Shown: positions 30,797 to 40,730 of the stretch, piece after piece
Numbering within the stretch: position 1 is the stretch's first letter
Layout of the letters: the number at the start of each line of letters is the position of its first letter
Origin: a bacterium
Lineage (GTDB): Bacteria; Electryoneota; Electryoneia; Electryoneales; Electryoneaceae
Assembly (NCBI GenBank): GCA_963675295.2
Contig: CAXXKJ010000002.1
Location: forward strand, 416,001 to 480,000
DNA length: 64,000 nt
Direction: 5' to 3'
Translations under genes and position numbers: made by a program
Notes under the pieces: model-generated
Seen by the model: only the letters and a program-made list of their open reading frames with translations
What the model was told of the DNA's origin: nothing
The model's database searches: none

Positions 30797-31747
30797 CGCC
30801 ACCTCCAACCTCCTTGATGTATGCAACGAGGGCGTCGATTTCCTTGTCGCTCAACAGGCCCTGGTATGTCGGCATCACCGGCTGGTAGCCGGCGACGATA
30901 GCCGCTTTTGGATTGAGGATTGACTCGCGGACGTAATTTTCGTCCACGACGATACTGCTGCCGTCCGCCATCGGCTGGTCATGCCCCCAGATGCCTTGCC
31001 AGGTGGGTCCGTTTCCGGGGGAACCGTCCACGCTGTGACAGGTGACGCAGGCCTTGCTGACGTAGAGGCGTTCGCCGTATTCGGCCATGCTCATGCCTTC
31101 GCCGGAGAACATCGCCTCTTCTTCCCATGCCTTGTAGTCACTGTCGCTGAGCACGCGCACGGTGCCGATCATTTCGGATGCTTCGTGCCGCAGTATTCGG
31201 TGCAGAACAGGTGGTAGTCGCCGGTCTGGGTCGCTTCGAACCAGGTAACGGTGTAGCGGTTCGGCAGCACGTCCTTTTTGACGCGGAAGCTGGGCACGTA
31301 GAAGCTGTGGATGACGTCCTGCGACGACATCAGCAGCTTGACCGGGGTATCCACCGGCACGACCAGCTCGTTGACTGTCGCGGTGCCTTCGGGGTAGGTG
31401 AAGGACCAGAACCATTTCTGGCCGGTGACCTTGACTTCCATCGCGTTGCCGGGAATGACCGCCATTTTCATGTAGGTGCGGAAGCCCCAGAAGAAGATGA
31501 CCAGCACAAGCAGGGTGGGGACGACGATCCACGTCGCCTCGAGCCACGAGTTGTGCGCGGGGCCGGTATCGAGCCTGCCGACATCGCCCTTCTTTCGTCG
31601 CCACTTGGTGATAAACATGATCGTGCCGGCGACGATCAGGACGAAGAAGAAGACCGACATCCAGACGAGAAACATGAAGAGGCCGTCGACCTCATTGGCA
31701 ATGGTCGAGGCCGAGGATGGCAGCCAGAATGTAGCCGTGGTGTCCAT
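30789..31747 (-). pseudogene. coxB: Cytochrome c oxidase subunit II with fused cytochrome c (caa3), frameshifted near 31178
   Basis: The first frame ends CTEYCGTKHPK*; the other frame continues SEMIGTVRV...CVTCH...MPTY. One added base restores CxExCGxxHxxM. May be a sequencing error. Confidence 0.88.
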
Positions 31748-32006
31748 GCACGTTCCTTATGCGTCACATGCGAACGGGTTGTGTTGGACCCTCGTCCGCG
31801 TGGCGAAGTTGGACCGATTTGGCTTCGCCGGTCAGCCCGGGATGTTGGCGTTTGATCGCAATGGATCGTTCGCTCAACGCCGGGCGAAACTTAGGTTGTC
31901 CGAACTCTACAAAAAACAGTTTCCGTCACTCGTCCCGCCTCCGAGGGGTGGGACGTTGCCGGTAAACGGTTGTCGGAACTCGGTATTCAATTACTGTTAC
32001 AGCGAT

Positions 32007-32924
32007 CTAGGCCACTTCCTTGCGTCGCCGGCCCTTATCCTTCATCCAGAGCAGGCTGAGCGCGACGCCGAAGATGATCAGTGTCACCGCACCGCCGAGT
32101 TTCATCACCTGTCCGGCGACGACGACATAGCCCTCGGCGTCCGGATCGTAATGCATGCAATACAGCAGCACGCGGTCAACGGTTGTGCCGATCTCGCCGT
32201 TTGATGCTTCCACGATGCCCAGCCGGAAATCGCGTTTCTTGTATTCGATCCCGTACAGATAGCGGGCGATCTTGCCCTCCGGGGACAGAATCTGTACGAC
32301 AGCCGGGTGCATGAATTCCTTGCGTTTGCTGTCGTAGTAGTACTTGAACCCGACCTGCGTGGTCAACGAATCCAGCGTCGCCTGTTCGGCGGTGTAAAAT
32401 GTCCACGGCTGCCCGACTTTCGTGTCGGGAAGTTCGCCGTTAAAGCGTTCTTCGGACGCCCGGCTGCGTTGCGGCAGCTCGTTCGGATCGACGCTGACGG
32501 TGATGATCCGGTAGTCCTCGCCGGGGACGAGGTCGCTGGCGCGTGTGATGCTGCTGACGCCGTTCAACACCAGGCTGCACAACATCGGGCAGTCGCTGTA
32601 GTGAAAGACCAGCACGACGGGAAGGTCGCCGACAAACGCGGTGCCGAGTGTGATGGTGTCGCCGTCACTGTTGATCACCGGCAGGGTGAGGTCGATGGTG
32701 TCGCCGAGGTGTTCGACGACGTCGATCTTCTCCTGGAATGCCGGTTTCTCCTGCAGCACCTGGCCCCGTGCTGCGGCGAATGCCATCAGCACGAAAAAGA
32801 CGATCAGAATCAGCTGGATGAGGGGAATGCCGCCCAACGTTGGGCCGCATCCGCCGACGTTACAGCTCTGGCCGTCGGGTTCATCCGGCGTGACGTGATT
32901 CTCGTTTTGTTCTTGCTTGTCCAT
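32007..32924 (-). CDS. SCO/SenC-family protein
   Basis: YSDCPMLC, SVDPNE, HPA, ARYLYG, LLYCMHYDP. Confidence 0.9.
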   Translation of the reverse strand: MDKQEQNENHVTPDEPDGQSCNVGGCGPTLGGIPLIQLILIVFFVLMAFAAARGQVLQEKPAFQEKIDVVEHLGDTIDLTLPVINSDGDTITLGTAFVGDLPVVLVFHYSDCPMLCSLVLNGVSSITRASDLVPGEDYRIITVSVDPNELPQRSRASEERFNGELPDTKVGQPWTFYTAEQATLDSLTTQVGFKYYYDSKRKEFMHPAVVQILSPEGKIARYLYGIEYKKRDFRLGIVEASNGEIGTTVDRVLLYCMHYDPDAEGYVVVAGQVMKLGGAVTLIIFGVALSLLWMKDKGRRRKEVA

Positions 32925-32927
32925 GGA

Positions 32928-33299
32928 TTACTTCGACCGGCGCGCGTCCTGCATGCGCTCCTGGTACGCCTCTTCTACCATCAATTCCATCGCGCGATCA
33001 ATCGGGATGCGCACGATGCCCTGTGTCGAATCGACCCACTCGTAGGTGTTCAAGTTGCGTGTTGAGCGGGCGCGAATTTCGACGAGCTTTGGATCGACAC
33101 GGGAGGAAACCTGCGCGGCGATCACCTCTTCGCTGGTGGCGACGAACAACTCGTTCAGAAAAACAGTCACCACGGCGATGGTGAGGATCGACGCGATCAG
33201 TCCGATGAAGATCGCGCGGCCCTTGGTGTCGCTGCGTTCGTAACCCTGTTCGCCGGTTGGTGGCGTGTGGGCCGACGGGTTCTGTGTTGCTTCACTCAT
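32928..33299 (-). CDS. Single-TM protein of caa3/alternative complex III-type clusters
   Basis: GYERSD, one TM segment, YEWVD..GIVRIPIDRAMEL; first gene of the cluster. Confidence 0.75.
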   Translation of the reverse strand: MSEATQNPSAHTPPTGEQGYERSDTKGRAIFIGLIASILTIAVVTVFLNELFVATSEEVIAAQVSSRVDPKLVEIRARSTRNLNTYEWVDSTQGIVRIPIDRAMELMVEEAYQERMQDARRSK

Positions 33300-33762
33300 T
33301 CGGGGAGCTCGCTGCTGTTGAATTTGTTGCGGGCAAAGTTAGGAACCACAAACTTTCGCGTCAAGTGCCAACGTACAAAGTTTTTTCACTGCGTGACCCC
33401 CGCGATCCAGTCCGTAAGCGGTTTGTAACTGCTTTCGGTGCCGCCTGTTAGGTGGTTGGATGCGTGGGAGTTGGAGCCGATGTGGAACTTAAGCATTCCT
33501 AACTCCCGGAGTCATGGGGTGGGTCTCCTGGGGGCTGTGGGGTGTTGAGAGTGACAGAGCGTTGGATCAATCTGGACGAAATGAGGACGATCCTGCTGCG
33601 TGAGAGGACACACGGGCGAGCCGGTTGAGGAGTGGGATCTTCCTCCGCCGCAGACGAACGCGTCGGAGGAATGACGTGCAAGGCGAGCATTGCGTGGGGT
33701 ACACAGCGCGGCGATTCGTGGAGATTGTATGTGGCGCTGACGTATCTGACGCGGGTGTCGTG

Positions 33763-34836
33763 TCAGGCGATCAGGGATACAAGCTGGTTGGCGCGGTGGG
33801 TCCAGGTGTGTTCGTTGAGCATGCGGGTGCGGGCGGCGTCCCCGATGGCGGCGGTGTCATCGCTGGACAACGCGGCCAGTTTGGTCGCGAGTTCGGCGCC
33901 GGTTTGTGCGGTGATGCACTCGGTGCCCGGGGCGAGGAACTGGTCGAGGCCTGGTGAGGGCTGAGTGGCGATGCAGCCGCCGCAGCCGGCGATGATGAAC
34001 AGGTGCGGCATCGGGAAGTAGCCGCCGTTGTGCAGCTCCGGTCGGCAGAGACACAGAGTGGCGGCTGGTGTGCCGAAGAAAGCGTTGAGGTCGGTTTCGG
34101 CGACGGGGCCGTGGTAGTGAACGTTGGGTAGTGACGGGCATTCCTGTTCCCAGCCGTGTCCGCCAAGCACGAACCGTTTGTGGTCGATCGCTTTCGCGGG
34201 GCCGAAGAAGAATTCCTGCACGCTGTCGCGGACGGTCTTGTTCAGGTCACCGTTGTACGCGAGCTGGCACTGGAAGCGATCGTCCGCCATCACCGGGCGG
34301 TACTGGATCGGGTCGAGCGCGTGGTAGATGGTTTCGGATCGCTGCGCGCCGAGTTCGAGGTACGCGTCATTGATCGCCGGGCCGCCGCCGTAGGTGAGGA
34401 TGGCGTCATACTCGGGGATCAGTGCCTTGAACAGGTCATGCGGGCTGTTGCGGATGCTGTGCAGGGTGGCGGGCGGATCGATGTCCCAGAACAGGACTTT
34501 GCTGCCGTCCTGCTGGAATTCGAGCAGCTCTTCCTCGAGGAAAACGTCGAACACGCCGACCGCGCTGACCTTGATGACGACGTCAACGCCACGGGCCTGC
34601 GTGAGCACCTTGCGGACGCTGTTGAGCGTGGCGGGATAGATGATCGAACGGGCGTATTCGGGATCGTCGATGTCGCGATTCTTCTGCCGGTCGAAGGCGA
34701 TCGGTTCGTAGAACGTGACCCGGTGACCGTGTTCATGCAGCGCACGGATGATGCCACGGAAATACCGTGTCGCGCGATTCCAGTAGGTAGAGACGAGACT
34801 GGAACCGAAGAACGCGATGTCGAGACCGTTGTTCAT
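33763..34836 (-). CDS. CgeB-like glycosyltransferase
   Basis: IAFFGSSLVSTYWN..YFRG, TFYEP, WDIDPPATL, LTYGGG, HTWTHRA. Confidence 0.82.
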   Translation of the reverse strand: MNNGLDIAFFGSSLVSTYWNRATRYFRGIIRALHEHGHRVTFYEPIAFDRQKNRDIDDPEYARSIIYPATLNSVRKVLTQARGVDVVIKVSAVGVFDVFLEEELLEFQQDGSKVLFWDIDPPATLHSIRNSPHDLFKALIPEYDAILTYGGGPAINDAYLELGAQRSETIYHALDPIQYRPVMADDRFQCQLAYNGDLNKTVRDSVQEFFFGPAKAIDHKRFVLGGHGWEQECPSLPNVHYHGPVAETDLNAFFGTPAATLCLCRPELHNGGYFPMPHLFIIAGCGGCIATQPSPGLDQFLAPGTECITAQTGAELATKLAALSSDDTAAIGDAARTRMLNEHTWTHRANQLVSLIA

Positions 34837-35011
34837 GGTGAAGGCGACGCGGCGGACGAAACAGCCACGACGGCTCGGTTTCTCCCTGATCATCGTGTGA
34901 ATACGGAGGTTGGCACCGTGATGGGTACCGGAGACAATATGCGAGTTACGGGGTGGGGGCTGTGGTGGATGAACCCTGCCGGCGGAGCCATCAGGGGCAC
35001 GTACATCTGAA

Positions 35012-35647
35012 TCAGACGCCGACGAAGAGGCGGAGGAAGAAGCCGACGGGTGCGTCGATCAGCGCCCCGATGATGGACACTTTGGTCACCATGCCGATCA
35101 GCACGACCGCGAGCAGAGCGAACCCGGCAAAACGGGTGAACAGCTGGTACTGGCGCTCGTACTTCGCGGGGAAGAAGAGGTGGACCAGACGGCTGCCGTC
35201 CAGTGGGGGCACCGGCAGCAGGTTGAAGACGGCGAGCACGACGTTGATCACGACGCCGTACAGCAGGATCTGGTAGATCACGGCCGAACTGCCGCTGAGC
35301 GCGTTCGGTTCTGGCATGGCGCGCAGGGCAAACCCGAACGCGGCGGCGATCAGGAAATTGGTAGCTGGGCCGGCGAGGGCGACGAACAGCATGTCGCGTT
35401 TCGGGCTGCGGAAGTGGGCCGGGTTGACCGGGACCGGTTTCGCCCAGCCGAAGTGGATCAGGAAGATCATCAACGTGCCGAACAGGTCGAGGTGCTTCAG
35501 CGGGTTGAGGGTCAGCCGGCCAAGACGTTTCGCGGTTGGATCGCCGAGCAGGAACGCAGCGAGGGCGTGCGCGGCTTCATGCAGCGTCAACCCGAGCAAC
35601 GCGCCGGGGATAATCATCAGGATGCGTGTGAATTCCGGATCGGCCAT
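35012..35647 (-). CDS. Site-2 protease (M50) family protein
   Basis: HEAAH, GDPTA, AGP, FNLLPVPPLDG. Confidence 0.93.
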   Translation of the reverse strand: MADPEFTRILMIIPGALLGLTLHEAAHALAAFLLGDPTAKRLGRLTLNPLKHLDLFGTLMIFLIHFGWAKPVPVNPAHFRSPKRDMLFVALAGPATNFLIAAAFGFALRAMPEPNALSGSSAVIYQILLYGVVINVVLAVFNLLPVPPLDGSRLVHLFFPAKYERQYQLFTRFAGFALLAVVLIGMVTKVSIIGALIDAPVGFFLRLFVGV

Positions 35648-35757
35648 GGTGGAAGATAGTGGTGAACGGGACGTGAACGCTGCTTGTCGGGTGTCTCACG
35701 GCTGGGTGGAGTTCTGGTTCCCGGCTTGCGTTCGGGGAATATGAAGCATACACTATA

Positions 35758-35805
35758 AGTGCAATATGGCTGCATTAGTGCACTATAGTGCAGATATATT
35801 GCACT
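35758..35805. promoter_or_regulatory. Nested inverted repeat, putative operator upstream of satD
   Basis: AGTGCAATAT...TGCACTATAGTGCA...ATATTGCACT. Confidence 0.55.
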
Positions 35806-35842
35806 AAACCGACTTTGTGCAGAAAAACCGGACTCCTTGAGC

Positions 35843-36490
35843 ATGCAACACACCATGCGCCATATTCTGATGGCGGACGTGATTGAGAGTGGGAAAAAGC
35901 CTCCAGCCGTTGTCCAGCAAGGGTTGCGGGAGATAGTAGAGACCGTAAACGCAAGCTGGGGGGGGCGAATTTTGTCCCCGCTGACGATCACGCTGGGGGA
36001 TGAATTTCAAGGAGTTGTGGATAGTTTGCACACAGGCGTTGAGCTGATCTTTGCATTTGAGAGATTACGATTGGCTCTACGACAACCTTTCGAGTTGCGA
36101 TTTGTCTACCTGTATGGAGTGGTTGAAACGCCGTTGAATCCGGAGCGGGCCCATGGCATGCTTGGAGACGGGTTGACGTCCGCTCGAGAGAGATTGACTC
36201 GTAAACAACGGAACCGTCCGAGATTCGAAGTTGTCGTCAAAGACGAGTGGCAGGACCGGTTGTTCAGGGATTTATTCACCATCATTGAGTCGATCAGCGA
36301 CAGGTGGTCAATTCGTGATTATGGGTTGATCCACGATCTGGTGACGATGGACAAAATCGCGAGTATTGCCAAGTTGCACGGCAAACAAGCGAATCAAATC
36401 TATCGTCGCCGTCAGACTCTGCAAACGGTAGAATATCGTACCATGCGAGATTTACTACTGGAAATAGCTAAGCGCTGGGATGAAAAATGA
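35843..36490 (+). CDS. SatD-family protein (palm/cyclase-like domain plus C-terminal HTH)
   Basis: ILMADVIES, SPLTITLGDEFQG, HGMLGDGLTSARE, IAKLHGKQANQIYRR. Confidence 0.8.
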   Translation: MQHTMRHILMADVIESGKKPPAVVQQGLREIVETVNASWGGRILSPLTITLGDEFQGVVDSLHTGVELIFAFERLRLALRQPFELRFVYLYGVVETPLNPERAHGMLGDGLTSARERLTRKQRNRPRFEVVVKDEWQDRLFRDLFTIIESISDRWSIRDYGLIHDLVTMDKIASIAKLHGKQANQIYRRRQTLQTVEYRTMRDLLLEIAKRWDEK

Positions 36491-36843
36491 AGGTTCCAGA
36501 GTGGATACTTACCGTTGCAATTCCAGTCCTGGTAATTGGTGTCGGTGAACTACTGAGCTACTGGGCTTTCTGGTGGTTGAAAAAAGTGATGGGTCCTCCT
36601 GCATCCTCCCCTCCGGTTGCCGGGGCGACGATGCGAGGCGTATTTGAACGGCTAGTTATTACGTTCGGGCTACTGTTGGGATTCCCACACATCATCACGG
36701 CTTTTGCAGCGTTGAAGCTTGGCACAAGGCTCCATGACGAGACAGGGAGTACGATCTCGAACAACTACTTTCTCGTTGGTAATTTGATGTCCTTATTTAT
36801 CGCGATGGCGTACGCATTCGTGCTTAAAGGGTGGATGGAATGA
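36487..36843 (+). CDS. Small membrane protein, DUF3307-like SatD partner
   Basis: GVFER..ALKLGTR..YFLVGNLMS; ATGA-coupled to satD and to prmA. Confidence 0.7.
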   Translation: MKVPEWILTVAIPVLVIGVGELLSYWAFWWLKKVMGPPASSPPVAGATMRGVFERLVITFGLLLGFPHIITAFAALKLGTRLHDETGSTISNNYFLVGNLMSLFIAMAYAFVLKGWME

Positions 36844-37718
36844 ACGACTTGCCGACATGGCTGGTGGTGGATGTGCCGGGCGGAGAGCTGGCGGTTGAGG
36901 TGTTGGGCGGTACGTTGCTCGAGCTCGGCGCGAAGGGGATGACGCCGGTCGGGGACCGTTTGCTGGCGGCGTGGTCCGGCAAGGTCGAGCAGGAGCCGTT
37001 GCTGGCGGAAATTCGGCGTGTGGTGGCGTCTCTGGCGGAAGACGGGTTGTTGCCGGATGACCGTGTCGAGGCGAAGCTGGTCGAGGACGAGGACTGGGTT
37101 GGCCGCTGGCGACGGTCATTGGGGCCGATCCGTGCCGGCGAACGATTCCTGATCCTCCCGCCGGGGGTGGAGGCGACGCCGGAAGCGGGCGACCGTGTGT
37201 TGGCAATCGAGCCGCGGATGGCGTTCGGCACCGGCGAGCACGCGACGACACGTCTGGCGTTGGCGGGGTTGGAAACATTGCCGGTGGATGGCGCGCGGGC
37301 GCTCGATCTCGGCTGCGGCAACGGGATTTTGAGCATCGCGGCGGCGCAGTTGGGCGCGACGGAGATTGTCGCGGTGGATTTTGAGGAAGAATCGGTCGAG
37401 GAGACGGCGGAGAACGCGCAGCGGCACGGTGTTGGGGAGATAATTCACGTGGAGCGCGCGGATGTGCTGGAGTGGACGCCTCCCGAGCCGCCGTATGACC
37501 TGTTGATCGCGAACATCTACATCACGCCGATCCTGACCGGGCTGGACCGTTGGTTGAGCTGGGTGAAGCCCGGTGGATTTGCGGTGTTTACCGGGGTCAA
37601 GCAGGGCGATGAAGAGGGGGAACTGTTGGCCGCGCTGGACAGGTTAACGTTGAAGGTGCTCCGCTCGGAGGCACTGGAGACGTGGTTTTGCGTGGTTTCT
37701 GAGCTGGCTGGCCCTTGA
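36840..37718 (+). CDS. prmA: Ribosomal protein L11 methyltransferase
   Basis: EDWVGRW, IEPRMAFGTGEHATT, LDLGCGNGILSI, ANI. Confidence 0.92.
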   Translation: MNDLPTWLVVDVPGGELAVEVLGGTLLELGAKGMTPVGDRLLAAWSGKVEQEPLLAEIRRVVASLAEDGLLPDDRVEAKLVEDEDWVGRWRRSLGPIRAGERFLILPPGVEATPEAGDRVLAIEPRMAFGTGEHATTRLALAGLETLPVDGARALDLGCGNGILSIAAAQLGATEIVAVDFEEESVEETAENAQRHGVGEIIHVERADVLEWTPPEPPYDLLIANIYITPILTGLDRWLSWVKPGGFAVFTGVKQGDEEGELLAALDRLTLKVLRSEALETWFCVVSELAGP

Positions 37719-37873
37719 CCTCGGTGTGTTGTTTCGCCTATACTCGGGGACGATGTATGGCTCCCATGAAAACGTGTGAGGATTGCCTCCCGTATCTTGC
37801 CTACCGATGTTGACCTTCCGCCCGGGTTCGGGCGAACGATCGTAGTACGAACATGCATAGTGGAGACTCTCAG

Positions 37874-39145
37874 ATGGGTTTTCTACGTCCGGCAGGAGCG
37901 TGGCCGCGTGCGGTATGGGCGCTCTCGCTGATGCTGTTGATGGTGTGGGCGTTTTCCGGCTGCGAGGAGAATGGCGTGGAGCCGTCCTCACCGGACGGCG
38001 TGCCGCTCGACAGCGGAGTGATTGATTCGCTTTCGGTGCCTGAGTTCTGGGTGTTGGGGTCGGAGGACTACCGCACGGTGTATCTGTCGCTGGGGTTGAC
38101 TGTCGAAGAGCGCGAAGCGATCCTCGACGGCGACCTGTTGCCGCCGTCGGTGTATATCTGGGTTGGTCCGGCCGGTGACAATGAATACAGCAACAATTTC
38201 CGGCTGCTGGATGATGGCGGCGCGCTTGTGAACCAGACGAACGCGGAGTACGCCGATTCGTTGTCCGGCGATTTGATCCCGGGCGACCAGGTGTTCCAGG
38301 CGCGGATCAACAGCGGGTTTGCTGATGAGGCCGGGGACTATGTGTTCTATGTCCAGGTCGTTGGCCTCCAGCGGCCAGGTAATGCGACGGACGAAGGATC
38401 GGATCCGATCCTCGAGGTGACGGTTACGGTTTCCGCCAACGAACCGCCGGTATTCAGCGATCCGAACTTGCCGGACAGTCTGCATGCCGGGTTCGACGCG
38501 CAGCAGTGGTCGGTGAATGTGGTTGACCCGAACGAATCGCTCGGCGATGATGTGGTGGATGTGATGATGGAGCTGAAGGCGGGCGACATTGTTTACCGTG
38601 AAAACCTGTTCGCGGAGTTGGACGCGCCGGTGTGGACGTTCACGGCGGACTCGACGTTCGCGGCAGGGCTGGAAACGGCGGAGTACACGATGTCGTTCAC
38701 GGCGTCCGACCAGTTCGACCAAGTGACCGATCCGCCGTTCGAGCATACGGTCTGGATCGAGAACAGCGCGCCGGACCTGCTGTCGCTTTCCGCGCCGGAC
38801 ACGGCGTACCAGCCGGGGCCGGACGATCCGCCGAATGTGTACGCGTTCGAGCTGAACGTGGAAGACCATCAGGGCCAGGGCGACATCGAGGAAGTGTATT
38901 ACGAGGTGACGGACCCGACGGGCAACCACTATGGCAACCCGGCGTTTGTTTTCCGTGATGATGGCGAGGATCCGGACCCGGTGGCGGGTGACCGGATCTG
39001 GAGTCATGGGTTCATTGTCACAAGCTCGGTGTCCAATTTTGGCACGTATACGTTCACGTTCTACGCGCGTGACCGTGCGGGGAATGTGTCTGACCCGATC
39101 GAGCATGAACTTGAACTGATCTCCAGCTCGGAGCCGCAGCCATGA
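37874..39145 (+). CDS. Acidic lipoprotein with two DDG..D..GD modules
   Basis: WAFSG-C lipobox; LLDDGG..DLIPGD and RDDGEDPDPVAGD. Confidence 0.8.
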   Translation: MGFLRPAGAWPRAVWALSLMLLMVWAFSGCEENGVEPSSPDGVPLDSGVIDSLSVPEFWVLGSEDYRTVYLSLGLTVEEREAILDGDLLPPSVYIWVGPAGDNEYSNNFRLLDDGGALVNQTNAEYADSLSGDLIPGDQVFQARINSGFADEAGDYVFYVQVVGLQRPGNATDEGSDPILEVTVTVSANEPPVFSDPNLPDSLHAGFDAQQWSVNVVDPNESLGDDVVDVMMELKAGDIVYRENLFAELDAPVWTFTADSTFAAGLETAEYTMSFTASDQFDQVTDPPFEHTVWIENSAPDLLSLSAPDTAYQPGPDDPPNVYAFELNVEDHQGQGDIEEVYYEVTDPTGNHYGNPAFVFRDDGEDPDPVAGDRIWSHGFIVTSSVSNFGTYTFTFYARDRAGNVSDPIEHELELISSSEPQP

Positions 39146-40719
39146 CGAGACTTTTCCGGGCCATTGCCGTGCTGGCCGTGAGTGTGCTGCTTGCGGCAGT
39201 GGGGTTCGCCGAACATCCGCGCAAGGCGGTGACATTCCGGTTCGCCAGTGAGGCGACACGTGTCGCGCCGTTCGGGATTGCCGGGCAGACGGACGGGATT
39301 CCGTCCAACTCTGTGATCGACCTCGATATCGCGCCGCCGTACCTGTGGTTGGCGACGGGTTCGGGGCTTGGCCGGTTCAAGCCGTCCTTCGGGGCGATGA
39401 ATCCGGCGGACGGTGAGTGGTTTGTCTCGACGCATGAGGACGAAGGGTTTGGCCGTGGCGGTGTCAGCGCGGCAACGTCCACGGTGACATCGTGGGGCGA
39501 CACGGTGATCTGGTCTGCGACGGCGTTTGATTCGCTGGCGGCTGGTGAAAACCTGGCGACCGGCGGTGGTGTCGGCTTCAGCCTCGATCATGGCGAAACG
39601 TGGTCATGGATGCCGCAGCCGGTGGATCAGCTCAGCGACACGATGGACAACATGTCGCCGACGGTGACACCGATCCAGAACGTGACGTATGACATCGGTG
39701 TGTTGCAGGACCGTGTCTGGATCACGAGCTGGGGCGGCGGTATTCGCTATTTCGACATGTTCGAGGGGATGGGTGACGAATCACCGGGCGATCTGGAGTG
39801 GGTCAACCAGCCGCCGGATACGTTATCGTTCGATGTACTCGCGCACAACAACCATCGCGGCTTCAGCGTGGCAACGATGGAGGAGGACAGCCTGCTGTGG
39901 GTTGGCACGGCGGACGGGATCAACCTCAGCCGTGACAACGGGGAAACGTGGCAGAATTTCAGCCATTCCGGCGTGGATGAAGCGACCCCGAACGGCAACT
40001 TCGTGCCAGCGATGGGCGCGCAGGTGCTGGACGATGGCCGTCACCTGCTGTGGGCCGGCTGCTGGGTGGTGGATGCGGAGGACGGCGAGTTTTACGGCGT
40101 CAGCGTGACAGATAATGAAGGGATCACGTGGCGTCGGGTGCTCGGCGGGCCGAACGATCCGATCCGGGTGCACAACTTCGCGTTCCAGGATTCAATCGTG
40201 TATGCCGCGACCGAATACGGGTTGTACAAATCGGCGGATTTCGGGGAAACGTGGGGCGTGTTCCCGAAGCCGGTGGATCTGATGAACGGCGAACGCTGGT
40301 TTGACGATGAGGTGTACGCCGCGGCCTCCGGGCTGGACCGGCTGTGGGTCGGCGGGCCGGAAGGGTTGGGGATCAGCAGCAGCGGCGGGAATGCGTGGTC
40401 GATTGAGCGCACGAACGCCGAGCTGGGTGCTGAGGATGATACCTACGCGTTCCCGAACCCGTTCTCGCCGAAACGGTTCCCCGTGGTGCGGATGCGGTAC
40501 ACGATGCCGTCGTCGGGGAGTGTGACGGTCGAGATTTACGATTTCGCGCTGGAATTGCTTGTGCGTCCGATCAGCGACGAGTTCCGTGGCGCCGGAGAAC
40601 ACACGGAGGTGTGGGACGGTCGGGACCCCAACGGCGGCGAGATCGCGAATGGGGTGTACTTCTACCGCATTGAAGGTGGCGGTCAGGAGCGTTGGGGCAA
40701 GATTCTGGTGATGGATTGA
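39142..40719 (+). CDS. BNR/Asp-box propeller protein with a C-terminal FlgD-Ig/T9SS-like domain
   Basis: SxDxGETW repeats; AFPNPFSP..WDGRD..ANGVYFY. Confidence 0.85.
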   Translation: MTRLFRAIAVLAVSVLLAAVGFAEHPRKAVTFRFASEATRVAPFGIAGQTDGIPSNSVIDLDIAPPYLWLATGSGLGRFKPSFGAMNPADGEWFVSTHEDEGFGRGGVSAATSTVTSWGDTVIWSATAFDSLAAGENLATGGGVGFSLDHGETWSWMPQPVDQLSDTMDNMSPTVTPIQNVTYDIGVLQDRVWITSWGGGIRYFDMFEGMGDESPGDLEWVNQPPDTLSFDVLAHNNHRGFSVATMEEDSLLWVGTADGINLSRDNGETWQNFSHSGVDEATPNGNFVPAMGAQVLDDGRHLLWAGCWVVDAEDGEFYGVSVTDNEGITWRRVLGGPNDPIRVHNFAFQDSIVYAATEYGLYKSADFGETWGVFPKPVDLMNGERWFDDEVYAAASGLDRLWVGGPEGLGISSSGGNAWSIERTNAELGAEDDTYAFPNPFSPKRFPVVRMRYTMPSSGSVTVEIYDFALELLVRPISDEFRGAGEHTEVWDGRDPNGGEIANGVYFYRIEGGGQERWGKILVMD

Positions 40720-40730
40720 GGGGCGATCTG

